From positions 22,741,808-22,805,807 of the forward strand of contig CM119269.1 of NCBI GenBank assembly GCA_051294375.1: a stretch of 64,000 nt of DNA, written 5' to 3'. Source of the stretch: Paraspadella gotoi. Taxonomy: Eukaryota; Animalia; Chaetognatha. Positions within the stretch are counted from its first letter, which is position 1. The number at the start of each line of letters is the position of its first letter. A program made the translations under genes and the position numbers. This document shows positions 12,723-24,690 of the stretch, in pieces. The notes below the pieces were generated by a model that was not told where the DNA came from, ran no database searches, and worked only from the letters and a program-made list of their open reading frames with translations.

Positions 12723-15700
12723 AATCGCCGCGGCGACGTTGATGTAAATCAAAACTGAAGAGTTGGAGCGAATTCCTGGGCAGACGCGAGAATTCCCTGG
12801 GTAGGAGCGGAGGAAGAGGAGCAGAGGAGGAATAGGAGCCGAGGAGGAAGAGAAGAGGAGCAGAGGAGGAAGAGGAGCCGAGGAGGACGTGGGGGGTGTA
12901 GGGGAGAGAATTGGGGGGCATAGAATTGGGACGAGTACCTTCAAATCCACAGCCTTAAACTTTAAATAAGTTCCTCAGTCTTCACCTGGTTTTCCCATCG
13001 CGAAGTGAATGTGATTCCTCGTCATTCGAGACAATCCGCCTGGGAGGAAATCGTGAAGGATGAATGAAATTGGAAGGAACGAATGAAGGAACGAACGAAA
13101 GAACGAATGAAGGAACGAAATATACCCGATTTCTTGATAGATTCCCAAGCTTCGACGCTTGTGCCGTGAATGACGTTGTCGTAATAGTGAGACATCGCCG
13201 CCGTCACTGGGGGCGGGAGAGAGGGGGGGAGGGTAGAAAGGAGGGAGAGAGAGTGGAGAGAGAAGAGGGAGGGAGGGTAGAAAGGAGGGAGAGAGAGTGG
13301 AGAGAGAAGAGGGAGGGGAGAGAGAAAGATAGAAAGAAGGGGGGAGATATATATATATAGAGAGAGAGAAACGGGAATAGTCAATGACAAACTCGACTCA
13401 TCTTTCACCATCACCCGCCCTTCCCCATCAATCCTCTCTCTACCCGTGATCCTCTTGATGTCGAGGCTCCCGACTTTGATGGAGTGACCCTGATTGGCTC
13501 GAATCTTGAGGAGACCAGTGGCTTCGTCCGACTTCAAAGCGAATCTCTGTTTGTCGTTTTCTTTGACGATTTTGACGAGAAAATCGAGGGACACGCCTTC
13601 GAATTCGGGGAGCTGGAGGAAGAGGGGGGATGAGGGGGAGGAGGAGGGGGGAGGAGGAAGAGGAAGAGGGGGAAGGAGGGGGGAGGAAGGAGGAGGAGGA
13701 GGAAGGGGATTGAAGAGCGAATGACAATTAATTAAGAGATTGGGGCGAATCCTAAATTCGCCTCCCATATAGCTTGGTGAAACATAGCTCGTCCCATTGG
13801 CTTGGACAGCTGAGTAATCATTCACCAACCGTGAGTTCCGTGTTCAATCCCCTCACGGTCATGCTGGTTAAAGTGTGATGGTGTCGGCATAAACACGCCA
13901 GTGACATGGGGTGGTGGTCACTGCAAGACCAAATCCCAAATCCCAGGAAATCCCTCACACCTCGAAATATCTAATGATTATAGTAAAAACTGCGCTGCCA
14001 CTATTATCTTGACTCACCAACACTATTCACAATCGACTCAAAAATCACTTTATCCAAAATCATTCACTTTCACAACCAATAAAATAAATTTGATTACAAC
14101 AAACGAGTGTTTCCTCCGATTACAATTACTTGTACAATCCACGACCATAATCACAACACAACAACCTTCAACACGGCGTCGACATCTAAGAATCCGTCGT
14201 CGTCCAACTCGAGTCCGACTCGATTCGCTCCGTGACGCAGCAGCCACGACAGCTGCTTCGAGACGCGGACCGTCTCGTCGGCAGCGGCCTCCGCTGTCGA
14301 GGAAGATCCGCTGCCGCCGCTGGAGTCGGGGACGGACGTCTCCGAGGTCTGCTCGCGGACGACGGGAGCGTCGGGGGGTTCGACGGCGGCGGCGACGGCC
14401 TCGTCGTCGTTCAGAGGTGGACGGGCGATTCCGTTCTTGTCGGGAAGAACAATCTCCATGAGACCAGCGAGGCGACTCTTTTTGTTGGGGAGGAAATAAT
14501 CGACGCCGGCGCCGTCTCGAAAATCGGCGTCTTTTTTAGCGGCGCCGTTGGAAATTCCGGCGGTGATGGAGCGGAGGTTCAAAGGGTCGTTGTCGACGTC
14601 GGCCGCTGGGGGTCGCTCTCTCATCTCCTCCACCCAAGCGTCGGGGACTTTGAGGCTGGAGCATCGAACTCGTTTCGCGGCGGCGGTGGCCGAAGCGGCG
14701 GCGGCGGTGGCGGCGGCGGGGGCGACGAGGGGCGGGATCGATCCTAGCGGGACCCATTCGCGATGAGGGGAGAGGGAGACGTGGCGAGATTCGAAGGACG
14801 ATGGGGAAAAGAGTTTCGTCTTTTGAGAAACGGAAAAGTCGGACGGAGTCATGAGTAAAGGAGTAGAAGGGGGCGTGGCTATCGTGTTGGACGCGCGTGT
14901 TGCCATGGAGAAGGGAGAGAGTCTGGATGGGAAACGATTCGTCGTCGTCGTCGTCGTCGTGGGCAGCGATTGTGAGTTTTGTTTTGTTTTTTTCTTTGTT
15001 TTTTTCCTTTTTCGCGTTTTCTTCTTCTTTTTCTGATTGTCTTTTTGATTGGGCCTTACGGGGAATAAACGAAAGAACAACGACAGAATTTAATGGAAAG
15101 AGTAAATAAAAAACTAGTCACAAATTCTTAATTATGTAATATTCAAAATAAGCTATCACGCGATAACTTGACCGAAACGAAGCAAAAGCTTCCTAAAAAG
15201 GCTCGCGCAAAAAAATCGAATAATTAAAAGTAAAACTCCTCGTAACAGGCTTTCTCCGCGCGACGGTCGAATGGTTTCGAATCTACAAAATTCCCGACGG
15301 AAAACCAGAAAATAAATTTGCTTTCGACGGAGAATTTCAATCGGGAGATTTCGCGCGAGAGGTAGGATTCTCATGTCGGAAATTTTGAAATTACAAACAT
15401 TTCAGTATTTTAATATGTCATAAAATCTTACTATTGACGTCAGCAGAGGTGATTAATCTATCAATAAACGCCGGCCAAACCCGAAATTATACCACATATT
15501 CCAACAAACTCTTGCAATCATTTACTGCTATATGCAAATGAGATTTTGGTATTATATCAACGAATCCTCGACCTCCTCCGTTGCAGGTGATCGACAAGTC
15601 GCACGACCACTGGAGGGCGTTGATGCAGCGGGAGGAGCCGCCGCTCTCTACAGTCAACGCGGCCGTCGACGGGAGCCTCTTTAAGATTACCAAGGCGAGT

Positions 15701-16991
15701 CCGACAGCATGGGATTATCATTTAGTAATTAACTAATTATCATTATGAGATATATATTAAAATCGGTTATTAAACGTATCTGACTTTACTGAGGCTTACA
15801 GGGTCTTTTCGGAATACAATGGATTTTAAAATTTAGATATCTATATATACAGGAGGCTTCATATTATAAAATGAGGTACCCCATTTTTGTGATCAGAATC
15901 TGTTCCTACCAAACTACCTGATCGAATTTCATGAAATTTTACATTTAGAATCCTAATGACGACATAAATGGAACTATCGAGGCGAATTTTAATATTCCAC
16001 CCCTGGGGGTCAAAAAAAACCTAAAAATTGTTTTTATAGTGGCATCAGGTGCATTGACGTTTTAAACATATAAAATAATATTTTAAAACAAAAATTGAAA
16101 AATTTTCAATAATTAGGCATAGTTTGAAGATGCATGGTTCCAATTTTCCCAAATTATTCCAAATCTGACTTGAACTGCTGATGTTCATGAAGCTGAAAAT
16201 TAAGGTAAACTAATATTTTTGTGGTAATAAATACATTTTTGTGGAAAAGTAAACGTCTATACAACTGTTCAAAACCATTTTTTGCCCCTAAGGGTGACCC
16301 CTCCGGGGGCCCTATATCTCGGCTCAGGGGTCAAATATTGAAATTCGCCTCAATAGTTCTATTCATATAGGGATCGTTCATACTAAATTTCAATAAATTT
16401 GGTCCAGTAGTTTTCTCGTATTCTGGTCACAAAAAAGGGGTACTATGGCAACGGAAGGATAGCCTGTGATACCCGGGGCGCGGGGTATCTCACCAACTGG
16501 CGTAGGGGCTGCGGACCCTCAGTGACTGCCTCCTGTCACTGGCATGTTTATACCGGCACCGTCACATTTAAGCCAGAACCGGGATACCCAGGGATTGAAC
16601 CCGGGACGCACGGATGGAATGAGATGATTTAGCCTGCTCAGCCATTGAGACGAGGCTGAGGACGGACAGCAGTGAGGCAGCTTTAAATCTTGCTGCCACA
16701 GTACCTCATTTTATAATATGAAGCCTTCTGTATATATATATATATAAATATATATAATTTATATTATATATATATATATCTCAAAAACAGGAGGAGGCGG
16801 AAATGATCGTAGAGAGGGCGCCGGACAATTCCGAAGGCGGCGTCGCCTCCAACTCTTCACTCGATAAGTATTTCTTCGCCGTCCCGTCGCTGCAGCTGCA
16901 GCCGCCGCCGACGGAGCAGCCGCCGCCGTCGGAGCAGCTGCCGCCGCCGCAAAAGCAGAAGCAGAAGAAGCAGCAGCCGCGTAAACCGTGA
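9019..16991 (+). CDS. PPA1: Soluble inorganic pyrophosphatase, family I (PPA1/PPA2/Nurf-38-like), 7 exons
   Basis: Exons 9019-9148 (in-frame ATG also at 8995), 9656-9826, 10382-10495, 10708-10837, ~15249-15361, 15587-15694, ~16791-16991. Motifs [69 protein letters not shown]. Confidence 0.95.
9817..9925 (+). repeat. 18-bp tandem repeat (CATTGACGCAGGTAAGCT) x6 containing the exon 2 splice donor
   Basis: Units directly visible; the first overlaps the exon end CCGCAG|GTAAG. Confidence 0.95.
11857..14906 (-). CDS. TRPT1: tRNA 2'-phosphotransferase (Tpt1/KptA family), nested in pyrophosphatase intron 4, 6 exons
   Basis: Exons 14906-14166, 13612-13444, 13206-13126, 13039-12986, 12796-12720, ~12487-11857. 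Motifs [58 protein letters not shown]. The last junction is off by one base. Confidence 0.93.
13787..13960 (+). mobile_element. tRNA-derived SINE-like element
   Basis: A-box-like TGGCTTGGACAG and B-box GTGTTCAATCCC, then body GGTTAAAGTGTGATGGTGTCGGCATAAACACGCCAGTGACA, which recurs at 23730-23826 (-) and inside the MITE at 16443-16701. Confidence 0.7.
15850..16730. mobile_element. Non-autonomous TIR element (MITE, Tc1/mariner-like) in the last pyrophosphatase intron
   Basis: TIRs CAGGAGGCTTCATATTATAAAATGAGGTAC / GTACCTCATTTTATAATATGAAGCCTTCTG, flanked by TA runs, with further subterminal inverted blocks. Confidence 0.85.
16443..16701. mobile_element. Short TIR element (CTRTGGC ends, TA duplication) inserted in the outer MITE; carries a tRNA-SINE head
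   Basis: TA|CTATGGCAAC...GCTGCCACAG|TA; related copies at 21245-21501, ~24481-24680 and 37126-37303. Confidence 0.82.
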
Positions 16992-17407
16992 ACGATTGTC
17001 CAATTTTCACATCATCCCTTTTCATCATAATAATAATCATAATTTTTATCTTCGCCTCTGATGATTTTTTTTACGTTGGATAAAAAAAAACTGCTGTGAG
17101 GTTAACTGGCCTCGACTGTCTGTAGATTTTGTTAGTTTGTATATAGATATATACTTTTAGTCTATATCATATATCTTTGTACGAACTAGGCCGTAATAAA
17201 ACGTTGAATAACTGTTGTTCTGTGTTTTGCTGACTTTCTAGCTGCTGCTTAGTTATTGTTTTTTTTGTATGAATCTAAAAAGAAAGAAACTCGAAATTGG
17301 GGAAAAAACCAAAATTGATGAAAAAAATATTTTTTGGGGGACTGAACAAATTTTAAAAAATGGTCAGGGTCACAGGGGACAACAAAGGTCACAGGGGGTC
17401 ACAAAGG

Positions 17408-17532
17408 TCACAAAGGCACATCGTAGACATGAATGGATCGATCGTCCGAAACGGAACAGATTTTGTTTCCAACGGGATTGTAGGCCACGCCCCAGACCTG
17501 GATGGAGGAGAAGGAGGGGAGTGGGAGAGAGG

Positions 17533-17610
<78 letters not shown>

Positions 17611-20233
17611 TGAACGAATTAAAATCGAACCACATTAATCCTCAAGATCTGAGAAGACAAAGAAAACACATTTCTTTTTGTAATAAAAATTTACAATTAC
17701 AAACTTCATAACTTAATAACTTCATTCTTATCACCGTCCCGAAATCTCAACTCGCCTGGTCGGAATGTTCCGTGAAAGTGTGAACGCAATTTTTGGCCGT
17801 GAGGTCCCAGACTTTCACCGTCCGATCCGACGAAGACGAGACGAAGTGCGTGTTGTCCGGGGACGACGACACGGACAAGACCCAAGATCCGTGACCGTAC
17901 AGAGTCCCCGCCAAGTTGGCTCGTTGGACGTCGTAGATTTTGAGGTGACCGTCGTCGGAGGCCGTGACGAGGAGTTGGGAGTCTGGGAGGAATTTAGGGG
18001 GCGGGGGGGGGTTAAGGAAAGAAAGGAGGAAGAACAAAAAATGGTAAGAAAGAAAAAAGTTAAGAAAGAAAAAAAATAAAGGAGCGTAGCAGCTCAAGTG
18101 ACGATGTCAACAACGACGACGACGACAAGGACGATCAAGTTCACTGCCTATTGTTCGACCACCTGACCTCGGGTCAGGGGAGAAATAAAATTGAGGAAAA
18201 AAATAGAATAACAAAAAAGAGGTAAGAAAGAAAAAGAGGAAAAAATGGAGGAAAGAAAAAAGGAAAGAAAAAGGAAAGATAAAAAAAAGAAAGAAGAGGT
18301 ATGTAAGAAAGGAAAAAAAGGAAAAGGATGCATAAAAGCAAAAAAAAAAGAGAAGGTTAAAGATAGAACCAAAGGTCAACAAAGGAAAAGAAAAAGCAAT
18401 GATCATTGATCAAATATAGAAAAAAGGCAAAGATCAACTTTAGATAAATCAAAATGAAAAACAATCCTTCCTTCCTTCCTCCCTCTCTCTCTCTCTCTCT
18501 CTCACCGGGCGTGAAGCAGAGAGATCGAATGGGCATGGCGTGACCCTCAAAAGTGTGAATAAGTTTTCCCGTCGCGACGTCGAAGATGTTGATGAAGCCT
18601 TCGATGGCGCCGGACGCGATGTATTTCCCGTCGGGTGAGTAAGCGAGAGAGAGGACGAACTTACCTAAATGTGGATAAAAAGAGAACTGAATGAGACGGG
18701 TTAGTAGTAAGTAATTCTTGAAAACTCATCATTACATTAGCGAGCATTGGCCCAAGTTCACCCCCGCCAATAAAAAGTAAAGCTATAATCTCATGACCTC
18801 TATTTTTCGGTTTTAGGCTAAACGACGACTCACTCCCAAGCCAAAAACCCTTCCAGGGCATAAGGAAATAAAGTCCTCTTAAGCCCATTAATAGCGCTTT
18901 ATTCATTTATCTTAATTCACTTAAAATCATCAAAACTTTGTTTTATTATCCTTTTAGAATTCATCTGAATGAGGACAAAGTTTGAAGCTGTTATATTCTA
19001 CAGCAATCACAACAACAACAACGACAACGACCTCCCCCTTTCCCCCCAAACCTCTCGTGTCGAGCGACTGCTCCTTCTTCCCCGAATCGACGCCATAGAG
19101 ATTAACTTTTCCGGTGTGGCTCCCGGATCCCAGGAATCGTCCGTCGGGGGAGAAGCTAATCGTCCAAGCGTCCACTGAGACCGGGTGTGGAATTATATTT
19201 TTGAAATACTAAAAAAAAACAGGTCTTATTTCCAATTTCAACTTGAATTTAAAAATTAAATTAAAAATTAGGATTTATTATGGATTAATTTAAAAATTAA
19301 AGCTAAGAGTTAAAGAGTAAATAAATATTAGGGTTTAAAGATTAGTTTAGAATTAAAATTAAAGTAAAGAAATTAAAAAGTAAAAAGGCAAAAAGAGAAA
19401 GTGTAAAACCTGGCCCGGCGTCGATACTCTTGAGTTGCTTCCCGACGTCGAGACTCCAAAGGCGAATGTGAGAATCGAGGGAGGAAGAAGCGGCGACCGT
19501 GCCGGAGGCGTTGATGTCCACTGAGACCACACCCAATTGGTGGCCCTGAAAGTTGGGGGGGGGGGTTATTATTAAGGGGGTCGGAATGGGGGCTTAAGAG
19601 GGTTTTGAGATGTGGCAATTGGTTGGTCATTAGCGGGGATGGGAGGGTATTAAAAAAAGATAAAGACTAGGGTTTATAGAAATAACAATTCTGCATCTCT
19701 TTCTCTTTCTTCTTCACTTAAATTTGTTTATGTATCATGCGCTGATCAGGGATTGCAAAAATAAAGCACAAAATTAAAATCATTTTATTTAAACTGCGAC
19801 AAACGAAACTTACATTATTACGCTTCAGACCATTCTAAGTAATTTTAAGTGCCAAGTGCAAATCCAAGTTCGAAATTGTAAAAACAACAATTACAACAAC
19901 AGTCTACAGCAACAGTTGGATCAAAACAACATTATTAAAACTTTTTAAAACTTTATTTATATTATTATTATATCATTATTATGTATTATGTATTATAACG
20001 TTAGGCTATCGTTTATCGACCACAAAAGCGGATCTAACCTCACCCATTCACCTCACCTCCAAAGAATGCTGCAGGATGAGCTTCTCCTCCTCGACCCACT
20101 TCCAGACTTTGACGTTGTCGTCGACGCTCCCCGTCACGATCACGTCGTTGCCTGTCGATTCGTTCTTCCGCCAGGCGACGCTCCAGATCCCGTCGTCGTG
20201 GGCCTGTTCTTGTTTGAAGATTGCCTGATACAT
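17408..20233 (-). CDS. WDR61: WD40 protein SKI8/WDR61 (SKI and PAF1 complex subunit), 6 exons
   Basis: Exons 20233-20057, 19545-19410, 19174-19052, 18664-18506, 17982-17756, 17497-17408. Sequences [63 protein letters not shown]. The last intron is GC-AG. Confidence 0.96.
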
Positions 20234-20888
20234 CGCGCCCCAAGTTTTTGTTTTGCGTTAATGTTTTTTTTGGGGGGGGGTTTTAGTTCTGCGACTTTTA
20301 GTTTATATTGATCACGTGACCAAAATTGCCTTCGGAGGAAAAATCATCACGAAAAATAAGCGGAACCAGCAGCGGAACCAACAGCGAATAACAATAAGCA
20401 ACAGTAGAGAGCGAAATGACTAGATTTGAATATGAAGAATAATAAGAACAACCAAAAAGCAGAACAAAAATACAAAATCTAGAAAATTCGTAGGAAAACA
20501 TTACAAATCTAAAAAGCGAGAAAAAAATGAAATACTCGCGTTTTGAGTATTTAGATGTCTAAGTCATGGGAGACAGCTATACGCCAGTCAAATATAGGAG
20601 ATATCGCCACACGAACGATATATGAAATTGGAACAACCAATATAATTTTTTTTTTAAATTTTCTTTTTCAATTTCTTTCATTGATTGAAGAGTAAAAAGT
20701 AAAGAGTCTGAATATCGAGACGTCGAGGTTTTTGGTTTCGATTTACGCGCGCAGCGTCGAGAGTCAACGACGAAACCCGTTTTTGTCATAACTGTTAAAA
20801 AAGAATTTAAAAAGACTAAATTAAATAAAGGTTTATTATTTTTTAATTAAAACAGTCTACATTACCTCATTCCCAAAACTCCCACTCT

Positions 20889-21732
20889 TCACGGTTTCTC
20901 TTTCTCCTTCAAAAACTCCTCCACGAACTGGCCCACCCTGACGATCCCCTTGGCCCGTGACGCGATCCTCAACTCCTTCGCCGCGTATCTCGAGTTGACG
21001 AAAGGATTGAGCGTCTCTTGGATTTGAGAGCAGCAGGCCGCCGCGGGGTCGCTGGATGAAGTCAGGCTGCGTGACCAGTACTCGTTGCCTGGAAACGAGT
21101 TGGCGTCCCAGGCCCAGGAGGCGACAATCAGCTTGCCCTCGTGGGGCCCTGTCGGTTTGGAGGTAAAAATTAGAGGACAATCAATGTGATAAAGGAGACT
21201 AATAAATAATAACGATTCATTTCTTATAAATCGAAATTATTGTACTATGGCAACAGCCGGGTTGCCTGTGATGCCCATTGGGATGGGGCATCTCACTGTT
21301 GGCTTTGGGGGCTTCCGACCCTCAGTGATGCCTCCAGTCACTGGCGCGGTTACCCTAGGACGGTCTCGCTTTGCCAACGCAGAGGGAAGTCGTGAGGACT
21401 GTGGATGGAACACTACGCCTGGGATGGTGTGTTCCCCCTCTGAGCCAATGGATTTGGCTGAACGATGGAGGACGTGAGGCGGTGTGAATATACCGCCACA
21501 GTACTCTCATTAGGATATTTATCAGGGATAAAGCCAACAGAGGTCGTTGTCTAACTTTACCCACTGACATCAGACTAACTGACCGACTGACATTAGACAT
21601 TCCACAAGAGTTTGTTCCTGACACATTCACCCAAACCCGACGGCGATTCATCTACGTTCTAACGTCTTTCCACGCCGTTGGCTAAGTGTGACGGTCGCGG
21701 TGTAACCGAGCAAGTGGGAATCCGAAGCCGCC

Positions 21733-21764
<32 letters not shown>

Positions 21765-23027
21765 TCAATTTCTCGAAAGGATCCCTCATAGAAAAGTGAA
21801 GAGTGACGTTCGTCCCCGGCAACGTCTCCCCGTCACCCGTCTCTCCGCATTTCTTGACGGGGATCCAACTAAAGTCGACGTCGGTGACGCGTCCAAGGTT
21901 CAGCGATCGAAGCGCCTCGCCGAAGACCGAGACGAAGATGGCGTCTTGAGCGGAGTAGACTCTCCAGACGCCGAGACCCGCGCCGACCGCGTGGACGTAG
22001 ACCTTTTAAGAAAGAGGGGAGGGGAATGATTTTTGAAAGGGAGAATGACTGCGCGTTTTATATTTATAAAATTTAATTATTACTTGTCGAAGAGACATCA
22101 CATTCACTTTAAACAGTTCGTTCGTTAATTCGTCGTGGGACTAATAAGTGCATTTTTATCATTTTATTGCCAATATTTCGAATTAATATTTATTATTACT
22201 TTTATTACTGGCTAAGCCTCGCCTTTCGTCCCCCTCTCTCTCCCCTCCACCCTCCTACTATTCCCCTCCCATTCTCACCTCCTCTTCCCTCCCCTTCTCA
22301 TCCCCTTCTCCTCTTCCCTCCCCCCTCCCATTCTTACCTCCTTCTCCTCTTCCCTCCCCTTCTCACCTCCTTCTCCTCTTCCCTCCCCCTCTCTTCCGCC
22401 TCCAATAAGAAAGTCTCGATCGTCATCCTCATCCTCTTCTTATAAACATCTACGTTGAAGAACAACTCCTCTCCATCTCCTTTAAACTGCTTCACCGACG
22501 CCGCTTCGCCTTTCGCCGCCAACTCCGCCAACGCCGGATCGCCGCCGAGTCCGAGAACGCCGAGAAATGTCCGCCATGGCGCCGCTCGCGACGCCGACGC
22601 TGCGGCGCGCTTCATTTCTACGTGAGTGGGGAAGTATCCTCCAACGCGACCATAGAATCGAGCGAAGATGGGATCGACGGGCGAATTGGGGGATCGAACG
22701 GCGCCGTCGACGCCGAATCCCGCGGCGGGGACGTTCTGAGTGGGCGTGACCAAAATCTCTCGAGATTCCATGAAGCCTTCGCGCGCCATTCGAGTTCCGA
22801 CGAGGCCGACGTAGATGGCGCGGCGTTCCTTGGCGGCGCCTTCGTGATCGGGGATGCCGCCGTTGTGGCGTTTGCCGGAATTGATGGGGAAGACTGGGGA
22901 GGAGGCGCTGGAGAGGATAAAGAATGTTTTATTATTTAAATACTAAATAGTAATAACTTAAATGTAAAGATTGCGAATAACAAAAAAATTGAGGCGACTG
23001 AAGAATCCTTCAAAGATCAGATACCCC

Positions 23028-23074
<47 letters not shown>

Positions 23075-24292
23075 CTCTCTCTCTCTCTCTCACCACAAAA
23101 AGGCAGCTAGTTTGACTTCGTCGTAGGTCATGTAATCCTCCATAACCAAGGGTTCTCTCTCGGCTTTCGTTCCGATCGTCTCCCAGCCTTCGGCTCCCGT
23201 CGCCCTCGTGTCGCGGAGGACGTAAGAATCCATGGGGCCGACGAATTTGAGGGGACGTTTGGCGATGAGGCGGTCGATTAGGGAAAGGAGCGTCATGTCC
23301 TGAAGGAGGGTTGGGGGAGCGAATAGAGTGACATCATATGGTGGAAATGATTGGACATTCGGAAAAGATATTACGGAATTAATGGCATTGGAGAGGAAGG
23401 AAATAAGTCGTGAAAAAACTTAATGACACATGAACGAACTCTCGAAAAACTAACCGAAAAACGTCAACTGAAAATTTACAAAAATGACAAATTAAACCCG
23501 AAATCTCACTTTGTAAAACTCTTTCTCCCTCGCCGTTCCCTTTTCTCTCTTAGCGTCGAGAAAGGCGCAGAGCAGCGGAAGCGTCTCCTCGTGGACGACG
23601 GCGTAAGCAGAGTTCGTCGCGCGATTCATCTCCTCTTCGGTCACGTGACCGCGGGATAAGACTCGGTGGCATCTGGATGTCAGGGTAAGGGTAAGGGAAG
23701 GGGAGAGGGGAAGAGAGAGGGTAAGGATTTGGATTTCGAAGTAAGGCTTTGGACACGCAGTGACCACCCTATGTCACTGGTGTGTTTATACCGGCACCAT
23801 CACACTTAACCAGCGTGACTGAGGGGTAAAAATTACGTAAAAATGTAGAATGTAGATAGCAATGAAAAAATTATCCATTTATTTAATAAATAAAAACTAT
23901 CTTGTCCCTGAATTTGAACTGGATATGGTGGGTAAACCCGCTCACAAGGTAATAGCGATGAAATGATATCAAAGAACTTAAGTATTAAATTCTAATGGTC
24001 TTAATCAAATATTCCCACCATTGACCTCAAACTCGACCATCGCCCCACCCAATCACTCTTCTCAACCGCCATCCCCACCCAACCACCATCCACCTTCCTC
24101 CACCCCAACCCATTCCAACCTGTTGGCGTCGACGGGGAATTGGTTCTTCTCGTGAAAGGCGGCGGAGGCGGAGAGGAAGTCTTCGAGAGGCTGCTGATCA
24201 GCAGCGTTCGCGGCGTCAGCAGCGGCGGCGGCGATTTGACGAAAGTAAGGCCGACAAACGTTCGTCGAGATTCCATTCGCCGATTTCGCCAT
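20889..24292 (-). CDS. DUF4804 / MavL-like macrodomain protein (putative ADP-ribosylhydrolase), 6 exons
   Basis: Exons 24292-24120, 23672-23510, 23299-23094, 22907-22367, 22002-21762, 21148-20889, all phase-compatible. Motifs RLIAKRPLKF, DYMTYDEVKLAA, HAVGAGLGVW, AWDANSFPGNEYW, SSDPAAACCSQI..NP. Confidence 0.85.
21245..21501. mobile_element. Diverged copy of the CTRTGGC TIR element
   Basis: TA|CTATGGCAAC...CCGCCACAG|TA; 5' half similar to the 16443 copy. Confidence 0.72.
23730..23826 (-). mobile_element. SINE body fragment (same family as 13787)
   Basis: Reverse complement matches GCTGGTTAAGTGTGATGGTGCCGGTATAAACACACCAGTGACA..GGTGGTCACTGC. Confidence 0.65.
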
Positions 24293-24480
24293 TTTTTTTT
24301 TGGGGGGGGGGCCGGAAACTAAATTAGTTTATTATTTTCCCGCGATTAAATTCCGTTTTGGTTTATTAATTCAGACTCTTAGTTTCCGATTTGAGTTATA
24401 TTGAACATTTTTTTCGCGTTTGTCTGGAATTTTTTTTGGGAAGAGAGGCATTTAAATTTCAGGAACGAAGAAACGAAATA

Positions 24481-24680
24481 TTATGGTAACGGGAGGATTG
24501 CCAGTGAAACCCGGGGCGCGGGGGATCTCACCAACTAGCATAAGGGGCTGCGGACCCTCAGTTTAGACCGGTCCCTTGACATGTAATCAAGAACAAGGAT
24601 GTCCACTGTCCAGGGATTGAACACGGGACGCACGGACGACACGGCCGGCTCAGCAATAGAGACGAAGCCTAGGGAGCTGA
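24481..24680. mobile_element. Partial copy of the CTRTGGC TIR element, directly after the INO80B stop
   Basis: TATGGTAACGGGAGG...GGGGCTGCGGACCCTCAG...CAGGGATTGAACACGGGACGCACGG matches the 16443 copy. Confidence 0.7.
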
Positions 24681-24690
24681 GAAAGTGGGA

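Noticed and set aside
13901-14766. Long + strand ORFs opposite TRPT1 (likewise opposite INO80B, PIK3R and ABCC10)
   Set aside because: Antisense shadows expected from GC-rich or codon-biased exons; no recognisable motifs.
17269-17711. ERERER / LSLSLS ORFs here and elsewhere
   Set aside because: Products of (GA)n microsatellites in introns.
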